From positions 9,698,186 to 9,762,185 of the forward strand of contig OZ316898.1 of NCBI GenBank assembly GCA_973895155.1: a stretch of DNA of 64,000 nt, read 5' to 3'. How positions within the stretch are numbered: the first letter of the stretch is position 1; each line of letters begins with the position of its first letter. The notes under the pieces were generated by a model. It saw only the letters and a program-made list of their open reading frames with translations, did not search any database and was not told where the DNA came from. This DNA is from Marsupella aquatica (Eukaryota > Plantae > Marchantiophyta). The translations under genes and the position numbers were made by a program. This document shows, piece after piece, positions 1 through 12,149 of the stretch.

Positions 1-866
1 AATCAAGCACCACTGCTTACCACACCTGTACCAAAGTCTTGGAGACAACCTGTGCAGTAGCATTATGAACAAGTAAGGTCTTGCTGCCCAAACTGCACCA
101 AAGAAGATGGACCCCTGTGCAGGCTTCCCGTAGGTGTAGGAAGTAGGTAAGCGTACAAGAAGTGGGTTATGTAAGACAACGACGCATAGTTGTTGAGAAC
201 TCCTCTAAAGACATCCACAATGAGGAATGAGTTGGCCTGAAGCCACCCCTTGCACCCTTCCCTTTGGAAGAAAGAATTCAAGCTCGGTCTGTGTCAGTAG
301 CCTCAACATGGATGCTAGAGAGGATAAAAGCATGGAAATGATCACCTAGGCCACTTTGAAGACAGACAGGATCCAAGGACAAGAACTCTTGAAATGAAGG
401 TAGCGGAGCTTGAAATAGAATCTGGTAGTGAGGATCACACCTCTCACAAAAAGCCTCAAATGGTAAGGAGCCCTCCTCAACCTCTATAAGAGATGAAAGT
501 AAACAATGTCAATCCTTGGTTGGGTCCTCACTATGGAATCAATCACCCAGAAATGAGTTCTAATGTTGTTGCCCATGATGCTTGCCAAAAGGCTAAAGTT
601 GCTATGCTCTGAAAGGAAGTAAGCCCTAAACCACCCCAAGAAAATACGAAGAATGAGTTGTAGATGATGCCACAGAGATGATCGAGACAAAGAACCACGA
701 ACTAAGAGGGAGACAAAAATGTCTCAAATGCATGTAGATGTAGACGGAGATTTTGGTAAGGGCATATGTCCTAACTGTATAAGATGCTCTATGGCCAAGG
801 CATCGCAACAAGATCCAAATGCGGTCTGAATATCAACTAACTTAGGGAGCAAAGAGCTGGGGCTAA
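1..866 (-). mobile_element. Possible decayed LTR-retrotransposon internal (gag-side) sequence
   Basis: Adjoins the LTR-like segment at 867-1199. The minus strand has a degenerate Met-PBS-like string (gttgatattcagacc, ~823-837) and a YRCGKQW zinc-knuckle-like fragment near 10-32. No intact ORF. Confidence 0.25.
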
Positions 867-1199
867 TGTAGGATCAAACTGGACAGCATGACCTCTCAAA
901 ATAACCACTTATATAACACACAAATACACCAACACAAAGACACATGGTTCACCCCGTCCGGGCTACGTCCATGGCCACACCAAGAGCTTCACTATGAACA
1001 CATATAAAGTACATATATCCCCATAGCTCAATAATCCAAGTTTTATCTCTCTCACACAAAATTCTCAACTAAGTGCTAGCTCTCTCCATGGGATACAAGG
1101 AGGGTTATCCCTTCATGAAGAGTCTAGTATGTCAACTAATGTTAAACCCAGTTAACTTAATCTAGTTAACCTAACCAAGGTTGAGTCAAAACCCTAACA
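867..1199 (-). mobile_element. LTR (solo or 5' LTR), Copia-like
   Basis: TG...CA termini (tgtagg...ctaaca). Contains catggttcaccccgtccgggctacgtcca, the reverse of a TGGACGTAG...GAACCA motif typical of Copia LTRs and also found at 17895-18230 and 59528-59879. No clean TSD. Confidence 0.55.
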
Positions 1200-1391
1200 C
1201 TATAGCCGTTTATAGAGCATCAGCAATAAGAGACAAGCAAAAGGTAATTGTATCGACTGGTGAGCCAAGGATCCAAAGACCTCCCATTGGACATAAGAAC
1301 CCGGGTGGAAGCGCAAAATCCACCCTTTTCTTGTATAACCTATTTGCTCCATTGTACTTTGTTTGGCCTTATCTCAGTAAATTGATCCTAT

Positions 1392-1643
1392 TCAAGGGTT
1401 TCCTTGGATATTGCTTGCATACAATTTAGACAGGTTACCACAATTGACAAGGTAGATAGAGTGACTAGAAATTGCTTTATTTGGGTGCCAGATGAGTTGA
1501 TGAACGTTGTGGTCCATGCAAAACATCAACTTCCAAATAATATTAATATTCCAAATATCATGCACATGCGCAGGAATTGGAGGGCTCCCCATATCTAGAC
1601 TCCCATGCACGTCCCTATTCACAAGCTTGAGTATGAATATCAC
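1392..1643 (-). pseudogene. Degenerate retrotransposon integrase-core-like fragment
   Basis: The translation W..MFCMD...SIYLVNCGNLSK loosely follows the integrase core pattern W..ISMDF...SIxVVVDxLSK. Heavily decayed. Confidence 0.25.
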
Positions 1644-2534
1644 AAGTTGTTGTTGCCAGAGAAATTAAGGCCTATGGCTTCACATATGGAGTAGGTCATG
1701 AATGGTAGACTTCAATCACAAATTATCATATAGATTGAGCACGCAAAGATCACATCTCTCTCCACAAAAACCACATCTCTATAATAAACCTCTATGGGCA
1801 CCAATTCACTATGTAGACTACAGCAACCCTCAATCAAAATTACAAAACCCTCACCATGGAAGATGGCAGTAGTGAACAATTAGAATGGCACACTATCGGG
1901 CATTTACTGATAGCCCTAGGATTAGAGAATTTCATAGGGATGAGCAGGTTTGCACATGCACAGTGCAAAACGATAATATTTTGTCCCCGGATTTTGTCTT
2001 TTCAAGTATAGAATAAGCCATATATAATGTCTCTTGATTTCATCTTACTTTAACAAATGTAAATGTAAACACTGCTAAATATTGTTTAAGTCAATATGTC
2101 CATAGTACTCCTAAATTATGCATTGGAAATTGTTTCCAAGTGTCGCAAACATGACCTAAATTTCTATCCAAGGGGTCCAAAGTTTTACTAATTAATAATT
2201 TTTGGTGAAACCTGATTCCTATGGTAGAGAATTAGTTAAGTGCTGTATCTAGAATACATATTTTCTTCAACTTCTAAGTGTATAACATTCATCTGTAATC
2301 TTGTTTTAAATTTGGTATTTGCTGTCTGAGCCACCTGGCGAGTTGCACAGTTCTTTTGCTCATGCGGGAAACCCCTTCTTTCATAAAGAAAAAACACTTG
2401 CTGGTAATGCTATTGAAAGCACATAGACTTCTCGTCAACACTACCTAAATTTTAGTCCATGGGGTTCAATCAAATTTCAATGATTAATTATTTTTGCCTG
2501 AACCCGATTACTATGGTAGAGAATTAGTCAAGTC

Positions 2535-2676
2535 TGTTGAGGAATGATGCAGGAAATGATAATGAGATTCCTCTCTATAGAATGAATGGGTGCATCTCTT
2601 TATATAGTCTCCGTCCGAGTTATCCTATACGGTAACTATGATTAAGGTAACCATGGAGTCTAGTTAGGGTATAACA
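2535..2676 (-). repeat. 3' LTR of the Bianca-type element
   Basis: 142-bp direct repeat of 5981-6122, next to the PPT. Confidence 0.95.
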
Positions 2677-4269
2677 CTCCCCCTTGGCTATATAGTGATA
2701 ACTATGTAGACAAAAAGTCTTCTAACTAGATTATCATGCTTATAAACATGGCATGATTTGAGTACAAATGAGGAAGGTATTGCCTCGTTAAAACCTTTAA
2801 CAGCTCTAAAAAACTCTATCAGGGTAACAGAGAAGAAAAAAATAAAATATCTCGGCTCTAAAGGAAAAAGAGTACAGCCCTGTCGGTCCTCAAGTGAATC
2901 CGGTGGTATGTGGAGTTAGCAGCAACAACTCCACTTCGTCAAAATGAACAAGTTGTCGTATGCTCAACGACTCAACAACAACGCGACATGTCTCCAAATC
3001 GCTCACCATCGCGCATACATCCGCACATACATCCTCGCATCAAATACAAATTAAAACATATATGAAAAAATGATTAGTAATTAAGTTATTATCATAAAAT
3101 CACTTGTCCGTGGCTCATCTGCGCAAAGTGTAATTAAAAGTATAATAATAAATAATGTCATCTCGTGCAACTGAGTGCGTAAAGTATGGGATGTAAAAAG
3201 TCCAAAAAATATGATCTCCCCTTCAAAACAAGGTTTCGAGGAATATATTATTCTCGTAAAACTCAAATATCGAAAATCTCCCTTAGAGTTCAAGGACTCC
3301 TAATTAGATTCTTAAATAGAGGGTTCTTGTGCAAAATGCACAATTTGCAAGCGTGTGTAGTCGACACACAAAGAAATCTCTCAATCTTAGATTTCAAAAA
3401 CATGTAGTATCAAATAGTTTTTATGTGAAAAATAATCTGCAGCACCAAAGGGTGTGCATTCACAACACCAGCGGGTGTGTGTATAATATGGCACGTCTGC
3501 CCTACACGTCTGCAGTTCTCATATTTTGACAAAAAGTGTCAAGTCAATATAACTTCACAAATAATCCTGTGGAATCCAAATATTTAGTCGAACGTCCATG
3601 TGTGTCATAGCACAGAGAAATGCTAGCTCAAAATGATTTGCTATCTTGCGGAGGTAAAGTGATATTCATAAACGTCAAACAACTCCGCATAAAAATAGTT
3701 TAGAGCTAGTGATAGTCAAAAGATCCCACTTAATGACCAAGTACCAAAATGTGCTCGTAGTGGGTAAATCAAGTGTGATTGGGGTTTGGGAAAATAAACT
3801 TTCTCCCCCTAAATATGCATTTTATGCATATATTATAGTTGAAAGCTAGAATTAAGTTGGACCGGACAAAGTTATGGGGTTTGCCCATATTAACCCCTCA
3901 TTACTCATTCTGATTTGAGTTTACTTCGGGTTTCTAAATATTCGCAGTTAAACCCCTAAAGGGTTATTGATTATCCGCTTTTGGATATGGCCGGAAACTA
4001 AGGTCATGGAACTAACCTGAAGTATTGTACCTTAGATTATTCTGGATCTTTCGTGAGAAACATATTTGTCATCGATCACTGGATCTCAGAAAATCTATAC
4101 CTTACCAAAATACCTCAAAAACTAGGTCATAGAGCATGGTTAAAGGTATGGTATTAGTTCCATACTTAAAAACTATCATCCCACCGAACAATGGCTATAA
4201 AAGCTCTTGTTTGAGTTGTTTATGGTGTAAAGACCACGAGGATAAGACCCTTAAGTAAGATATTGCCCT

Positions 4270-4830
4270 AATGTAGGGTGTAAATGGGTGTAAACCCATG
4301 TCAATTGGTGTAAAAGTTGTAAATGGTCAATTTGCACACAAAAAGTGTATGGACCAAAGTTTATTCCCCCTGATGGTGTAAATTGGTATAAACCAGTGTA
4401 AATGCTATAAGGAAGTGTAATCTGGTGTAACCAGTGTAAACAAGTATAAACCCAATGTAAAGCATGGGATTATACAATGGTAAGACATACACTAGTGTAA
4501 ACTGGTGTCATGAGGTATAATCTAGGATGGTATCATTAGGTGTAAACTAGGGGTGTAAAATGGTGTAAAAATCATTTTGTGATTGAAATGGGTGTAATAA
4601 CCAGTTTGTAAATGGAAAGTAGAGGTATTTGGTATAAAACCATTATTTCCAATGTGCAAAGTCAAGTAAGGGTGGTATGACATGTAAATATGTCAAATGC
4701 ATGTAAAGCATGTGTTGCACATGTAAGGCATGTTAATGTATGCAAATTCAACAAGTGACATGTAATTTCCCTAAACCAGTTGATGTGTTTACATGTGTAA
4801 ACTGTGTAAATTGCTGTGTAAATTTGCAAT
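4270..4830. repeat. Degenerate (GG)TGTAAA / CATGTAA low-complexity array
   Basis: Many irregularly spaced TGTAAA/GTATAAA motifs inside the LTR element. Confidence 0.75.
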
Positions 4831-5980
4831 GTGCACTTATCATTTTCCATTTCATTTGTTTATCCATAAGTGCAAAACATCCATTGTCAACAAGATTTTC
4901 TTTGTTAATATGTGCATATATGGATAGTTTTTCAAAAATGAAGATTTTTCACTGAAACACATGGGATTCTCTTGTCTTTGGATAAGTGCACCCAAGCATT
5001 TGTATTTCAGAAACTCTTTACTATACTGTGCATTTAATGAGGGTTGCACTTATCTGGTGTTCGAGTTTTTCTCGAGGATTTTGAGATCGAATGTTGCATG
5101 TTTAAGTCACTCATGTGTGTCTCTTGAAATCTCACTTGTCGCTTTGGCTCATGCTTTGATTGCGATCAGCTTCTCAGGCTCATTCTTGGACAAGCACAAC
5201 ATTCCATATTTAGGATTCAGAAAATGCTATCAGATCTAGACCCCACAACGATGACTCGTTTCTTTCGCTGGATGCCATCTCCCGTACGTTCACGACCAAA
5301 GCCAAGATGTTCTTCCTCCACGACATTTGCTTCTATCTTCTCCAATTTGATACGACTGTATCAAATGGCTCTTATTGGAATCTTCATTGAATCAGCAAAC
5401 GACCAATTCAACATCCATGTTTGGCCTCTTGTAATGCCTATACTTCACTCGATCGTGTGTAATGGGCATTTCCTTTCATCCTTTATGGCTCGCAGATCGA
5501 CCAACAAGAAACTGTCAGCGGTTGAGCAACATTGTGAACTTCAGGGAAAGAGAAGGCGCCTGCGTTCATCCCTTATGAGGTTAGGGTTTTGAAAATTTTT
5601 CTTATGATCCCGATCGGGTCCTGATTTGCTCTCGATCCACCCGGCTTCATTCAAGGCTGTCTCTGTTTGGCTTCCGGTCTCTGTTCTTCTCTTTCTGCCT
5701 CTTGTTAAGGTTGTCAACTCATCGCCACGAGTGATTTAGGTTGATCTGGCCTGGTTGGGTAGAAGGAAGCAGCGCGGCTGAACTCGATCTCTCTCCTGTC
5801 GTTGCTTCAACGTGACTTATGTTCTCTTGGTGGTTCAAACTACTAGCCTTCTCACTCCCAATTCAATTCTCCTCCATAACTTGGAAATCCTTAAGAGAAC
5901 ATTCATTCATCATAGCCATAGGGAAATTCCTAAAAAAATTCATGATCAAGCTTAGTTGGTCTAGAGTCGTGCTGATAACG

Positions 5981-6122
5981 TGTTGAGGAATGATGCGGGA
6001 AATGATAATGAGATTCCTCTCTATAGAATGAATGGGTGCATCTCTTTATATAGTCTCCGTCCAAGTTATCCTATACGGTAACTATGGTTAAGGTAACCAT
6101 GGAGTCTAGTTAGGGTATAACA
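5981..6122 (-). repeat. 5' LTR of the Bianca-type element
   Basis: 142-bp direct repeat of 2535-2676, next to the PBS. Confidence 0.95.
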
Positions 6123-6399
6123 AAGTCCTTTATCTCGTCCGCTCATGTATACAATATAACTTTTCCTCAACTTTTTCATGTATAACACTCATCAGTAATC
6201 TTATTTTAAGTGCGGGTTTATATATGCTGCTCGAGCCACCCGGCCAGTTGCAAAGTTCTTTTGCTCATTTGGGAAAACCCCTTCCTTCACCAAAGAAAAA
6301 CTACTTGCAGGCAATACTGCAGAAAGCACATTTTCTCTTCCATACTTTTTGTGTGTAAAAGAAAGGGAACAGCCATTTGACACAACAATTGAATCCAAG

Positions 6400-7954
6400 C
6401 CGTGCCCTGGGAGGTGGCAGCTCGGTGGGGTTCGTGGCTCCCTCACAACAATCTTCTCGCCTCTGTCCCAACTCTGTTTCTAGTGTGGTGTGGTGGATCC
6501 ACCCGGGTCCCGGCGCCTGCTCCTTGTCAACCGCTACATTTATCCGGATATGTACTCTCGTTCGGAGCTGGCAGTAGACTCCCACTAGCTGCTGCCAGTC
6601 GCTCTTTTCACTATTGGTTCCTGCTCGTGTCCTTGTGTGTGGGCTAGCTGCTTCATTAGGTGTAGAATTTTGTCCAGGATATTCAGTTTATAGGTCACTC
6701 CCCCCGCCTCTTCCATTAATGCCATGTTGGCTCCCTTCACTCTATATCTTTCTGACCTCCCTGCTTTGACTTCGCTCCAGCTGCTCTGGGTTTGCCATGC
6801 TCATCTATCTACCAGGATGTATCCACAGGACCGGTCGTGGATGTTGGTTGATTCCTCTCTCTGCTGGGCCAGTTCTCGCTGTTCACCAGCAGTCATATTT
6901 GATGAAGGGTGAGACCTTCCTGTGGACCTATATCAGCATGGGTTCTGTTGGAGATGTCGGTCTCCTATGGTGTTTTGACGGAGTTGGGCCCCCTCCATGG
7001 CTGCTGCTCCCCGCCCCCATGGACCTGTTGCCTCCCTCCTCCCTTTGGATAGTTCTTTGGCCATTCTGGCCTGTTTCCACCGGACCCGGGTCCAGCGTCA
7101 ACCGATTGTCAAGGCGGGATTTTTTGCCTCTTTTTGGAGTCTGATTTGGGAGGGCTGTAGCAGTTCGGCGCTTGAATCCTCATATCTGCCTTTCACCCGG
7201 TCTGGCATGCTGGAGGCCTTTGGCAGGGTGGTTGGTGGGGGAGGTTGGTGTTTTCCAGGTGCTCCTTTTTCGATAATGGGTTCTTTTACCTGGTTGATGA
7301 TCTGCTGGCCAACTCTCGCCCTCCTCCAGGCTGCATGCCTCGGGATCAGGCATACGACGGGTGGAGTGGGATGTAGGCATGTGCTGGGGGCAGTTACAGA
7401 AGTTTCATACAAGCTCGAAGACTATGGGCTATGATTGCTGAGCTTCTGCTGGCCTACTCGATGGGTTCCACCGGTCCCCCCGGGGAGTTTGTGGTGGCAT
7501 CCATGATTTGTTGGAGGCATTCCGGTGGCTGGATGCTGCAGAGGTCCTCTATCAGATGGAGCTTTGGGGGTGTCAGGTTTCTTGGCCGGCAGAGAGTGGC
7601 ATCGGCGGTGTTCTCCTCTAGTTCCTTGGGTTCGTTCTAGTTCTCGGTGCAGTATTGGTAGGATCTTGGTTGGCTTGCCTTTCTGTGTCTTATGCTAGTA
7701 GTTGGTTATGGGGTTCTTTCCCCTCTGGATCGCCTCCCCTTTTCAGGCGATATGTGGTGGCGCTCGTTCCCGAGGTCGCCTTCTTTCGGGTTTTGGTGCG
7801 CTGGCCCTTCCCCATTTCTGGGTGTGCTCCTCCTTTTATCCCCCTTAATTGTTTCTTTTGCCCTCCTGCCCCCTTCTCCCGGGCGGAGCTTGTTCTTGCC
7901 GTTGCTCAATACAGTTGCCGGGGTTCTCCCGTTTTAAAAATTAAAAATTAAAAA
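6400..7954 (+). mobile_element. 5'-truncated LINE (L1-like) insertion
   Basis: 13-bp TSD AATTGAATCCAAG at 6387-6399 and 7955-7967. A-rich tail (ttttaaaaattaaaaattaaaaa) preceded by caataca. Trp-rich decayed coding sequence resembling the ORF2 C-terminal zf-RVT region (~7100-7200). Confidence 0.85.
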
Positions 7955-10900
7955 AATTGAATCCAAGACCTAAGAGTCAGTACTCAAGTCAGTTACCACC
8001 ACAGAGCCAGGCCTCTATGGTCTTCCATATTCTAATTTGCCATGGAATGCTACCATTCATGACCGACTCAGTCCAGTGAATTCAAAGGCAGTAATTTACT
8101 GGCAAAAAAATGATATTCTACTATGGTAACGTAGGGACTCACATTGAGGAGTCTGGGTAGAGAGGAGCCCTGCTTGCTCATAGGCATTGGTGTTTGGGCT
8201 AGTATGACCATATTAATGCGTCAACCCAAGATCTCCAGTTCTAGGGAAAACAAATAAAAAGTATGCTAAAGATTTGGACTGACAAGATCTCACAAGTTTA
8301 CATAATTGGAAACAGTTTTTGGAAGTCACGTACTCTCAGATTTTCTGGCAACCAAATCATTTGCCCATATATTCTAAATGACCTTTTGAAGCTCAGAGTT
8401 TTACCTTTAGCGAATTGTCACTTCTCAACACAGACCAAGAAACTTACAATTGACGTTGATCGTTCTGGCACAATGAACAAATCATTATTGACATTTTGGA
8501 CCTGATAAAATTTTGGCCACTTATTGCTCTTATGGATCATGGATTTTCCCCCCTATGTAATTTCAGTACATTCTTGGACAAGAATGTCTGGTCAAGATCA
8601 GATCACTACCCAGGAAGATTCTCCTCTACTTTAACTAAAACTAAAAATACAAATCTCTCAAGCCTTTGAGTGTATTATAGTCCTGTCTCCAGAGCATTAT
8701 GCGCAACAATAGCCCCCAAAACTTAAGTGGAAGCTCTCATGTTTCAGGGCACTATACCCCACAATGTTCTCTAAACTGGACATTACTGTGTACTAGAAAA
8801 TGGACGGAATTCCTTCCGTCTCGCCAGACAGATAGAAAAGGGCTTCCTTGGACCTCCAAGACCAATGGCAGGGTAGGAAGAGAAGGGCTGTTGATATAGT
8901 CGCAATGAAAGCTACAAGGGTTTAGGGGTTAGGGTGCAGTTACAGTAGGAAGCTGTAACTATGGTCGGAGGGAGAAATTGATGGGTAGGATTTCATGGTA
9001 AGGTTTGCTGCATGACAATTTGCACAGGTCACCGTGGGAGAGAGCTGGGAGAGAGCTTACCGAGGCTTTAGGATGAGGCACAATTTGCACAGGCAACTCA
9101 AGTCTTTTGGTCCAGGACACTTTACCGTCTCCATGAGTATTTCTGTGATGTAGTGAAGGTTTAGGCTGAGGATTTCATGACTGGAGCCAAAGCAAAGTGG
9201 CATTGCCCATGGAGGCATCAAGCAAGGCAGCTTTGATTTAGTGGCACAAATTCTCTAGATTCTACCTCTCTAAAATGTGTCTGTCATGTTTGGCAAAGTT
9301 TTGCTAATTTTTCTGTCTTCCATTAATTACCCAGTTTCTGCTCCCCGTTGCCAAAGTTTCTGCCTACTAGCTAAAACAATAGAGCACCATGTGCAACTGA
9401 AAGGCTGGTGCTTAGAGTTGAATTTTGCTCTATTGTTTTAGTAGGCAGAATGTGAGGGACCTGGAAGCATTGGCCCTGCCAACAGTCCTGGGGTCACACG
9501 AAGTCTTGTTTCAACTTCGGCAACGGACTCGAGTACTTTTGTTTGTAGGGGGCCATAAAGTCTTTCTTTCTGTACAAAAATTGACCCATGCAACACTTTA
9601 TTCCAACCCCTCTTTTCCCAAAGAAAGAGCATTTTATTCCAATGTTTAAAGGAATGTGGGTAAGAGTTGGAGTGATGAAATGAACAAACCTCATCATTAT
9701 ATAGCATGGAAGACGTTGGGTCCGTTGCTTCATTTTATTCCCTCCTAAAATATAATTCCTATAATGAGTGTACAGGTTAGAGTTGGCTTTACAACAACTC
9801 AAGGACCCATTCAGATTCGGTGTGTACTAATCCAATCTGGCAAGCAATCGCCCAAGGAAATGTTTATGTCTAGTGCTTGTTTTGTATATAATCTTAGGCC
9901 ACCTCGAGAGATGGTCCAAATATTTCCAGAGTCAAGGGATTTGGATTTATTAAAGTTCATTTCAAAGATGGTTTGGTCTGAAGTTTATATTTAGGACAAG
10001 AAATGACCCTCCAATTCTGCTTTGGTGGAAAAACAGTCTCAAATGCCCACAATTCTGTACGGTAGCCCTAACCCTTCTTTGTTTAAACAAAAGTCCACAT
10101 CCCCTTGCTTGCATTGAACAGCTCCCCCATATTCCAATTTTCAACAACCATTTAATACCATCTTATCCCCCTACCTGGTCAAAATTACTAATTTTCTCCC
10201 AAACTAGTTTTGTTATCAGGTTGCCCTATTTGCATACGGGTTGATTCCACTAACCTGAGATGTCATGCAATGGTGTGTGGACACATATTGGCTCTTGAAT
10301 TGCCTGACCTAACAGCTGCCAACTAGACCTTCACCCTTTACCCATTCCCCATCCAAAACTCATCGGAAGGCAAGTGTCAACTACTCTCTGGGAAAATTAT
10401 TTGTTGGGTTCTACTCATTTTCCTCACATTTACGGCCAAAGGGGGTTTGCTTGGACAAACTACGAGCCTCCATGTGTCAATAGACCAGTTCTTGGGTTAG
10501 TCTAGACAAGTTAAGCCAACCCGTATCTCAAATGGGGGGCAACGTGATACTAAATCAATGTGGGGAACAAGCTTGTATCTTCAACCACTTTGGTGGACAA
10601 GAAAATAAAAAATAGTTTTGCTAAAAATTGGGGCCCAAACGCAATTGTGTTAAGAATAATAATCTTCATGCTTGATGACGACCTTCCACCCTACAAAACG
10701 CATCCTGCATTCCATAGTTCTCAGGCTTTTTTGGTGCACCTTCTAGGGAACATTTGTGGGACCCCTACACACACATCTCTTCATGGTAATGATTCTCCTA
10801 AGGTGATGCTTTCATGAGAGGGGGATAAATCCAGTGGAACAACTCACCCATCCAGCAAAGGCGGACAATTATTTCGCCTGGTATGACATATTATAATGTG

Positions 10901-10959
10901 CACATTGGGTAAACAGGTGGACACTCAGGGTGACTAAAGGATGTCATGCTCCTTGACAT

Positions 10960-11240
10960 AAGAAATGCCACACTGCATGTTAGTGTCATGTTGTATGCTC
11001 TGGGAATGAAAGAAATGCGACACTGCATGATGGTGTCATGGTGGACGCACCTATGAAGTGGGGTTTGGGAAACGTATAGGGGTCTGACCTCAGCTCTTTC
11101 CATGGCTGTGACCAAAGAATTGACTGAATAAAAAATGCCACACTGCATGATGGTGTCATGTTTACACAACCGTGAAATGGGGTTTGGGAAACAGGCAGAG
11201 GTGTGACCTCAGCGCTTCCCATGGTCTCAAGATTGACTGT
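10960..11240. repeat. ~120-bp tandem repeat, 2 copies plus a partial copy
   Basis: The block aaatgc.acactgcatgatggtgtcatg...ggggtttgggaaac...tgacctcagc starts near 11012 and 11132, with a partial copy at 10962. Confidence 0.8.
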
Positions 11241-12149
11241 GAGTTGTTCAGTCAACAAAATAATGAGGATCATTGTCTGGTCAAGGACCTAATCTACGGA
11301 GCTAACCAAGATCATAAGTGGATAATGATTTTTAAGTTTGATCCTTAGCACTTATGTTGGATGTGTTTTTGTTGTTTACTGAGTTACCCCTGGTCCCTGA
11401 TAACTGCACATCAAAATATGACACATAAAATGATGTACAATATCATTTCAATTATAATAAATATCATTATTATTTTTAAATCAATGAATACACATCTTTC
11501 TATTTTCACATTTTGATGTATGATTACGGGCAGGATATCCCACTATTTTCTTAAGTTTCCCTCAAAGTTACAAAGCTGCCCACATGGATTAATCTTACCT
11601 GAGCATTTCAATTACTTGAGTTACAAATGGCTGCCCATTCCTTGGCAGGGGGCAATACAGAAATTAAATTAGTTTAGGGGATTTTGCTCAATTTTGGGTG
11701 TGATATGGGGAAAAAATATTTTCTAATGAAGGGTGATGGCTCCAAACATATGTGGTGAGAGTCAGAAGGGCCAAAGATAATAAAACCTGAAGGGCCAGAG
11801 GATACAAAACTGCTGCAGCCCGCCAATCAGAGAAAATATCAGGCCACGAAGGCTAGACCTTGGAACATATGATGTGGTTAAAATGGACAACTAACATTAT
11901 TTTCCCTATCCGGTCTAATAGAATTCCCCCTCCTCCTACCATATTAGTCTTTTGAGTAGGGGAGCAATTGACTCATGTGAATTCCATAACTGTTGTGGCG
12001 ATTACAGCCATTCCTGAGCTATGAATGTCATCACATTGATCCTCTCCCAAACTTGGCTTTTTGATGCAAAAGCCTGGCTTGTAACCTTTGGCCAAAGGTT
12101 CTCATATTGACACCTCTAGTGCCAAGAAAGGAAAAGAAGGAGAAGGAGA

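Larger units (their letters stand above)
2535..6122 (-). mobile_element. Non-autonomous Ty1/Copia LTR retrotransposon, Bianca-type
   Basis: Two 142-bp LTRs (2535-2676 and 5981-6122; TG...CA; 3 A/G differences). Perfect 5-bp TSD AAGTC at 2530-2534 and 6123-6127. PBS cgttatcagcacgac (5966-5980, minus strand) and PPT ccaagggggag (2677-2687, minus strand). Bianca-typical 3' motifs AGGTTTTAACGAGGCA and TGTACTCTTTTTCC. Only stop-interrupted gag remnants at ~4950-5370 (AKATSEISRDTHE*LK; LNAQYSKEFLKY) and no pol ORF. Confidence 0.93.
2154..6331. repeat. ~289-bp tandem duplication, second copy split by an LTR element
   Basis: Copy 1 spans ~2154-2442 and copy 2 spans ~2443-2534 plus 6128-6331. Shared blocks: acctaaattt, ctatggtagagaattagt, gagccacc.ggc.agttgca.agttcttttgctcat, gaaagcacat. 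Confidence 0.8.

Noticed and set aside
2860-2880. Resemblance to miR529 (agagtacagccc), suggesting a target site on the retroelement RNA
   Set aside because: Against the recalled miR529 sequence there is one mismatch and three G:U pairs in the 5' half. The string is better explained as the Bianca 3' motif.
6165-6200. Hammerhead-ribozyme-like core on the minus strand (CTGATGA-GTGT-TAT-ACAT-GAAA), next to an LTR element
   Set aside because: No stem I or stem III pairing with an NUH site can be formed. It lies outside the LTR, and the paralogous copy at ~2270-2300 lacks the core.
8917-8935. Telomere-like gggtttaggggttaggg
   Set aside because: Only about two imperfect units, which is expected by chance.
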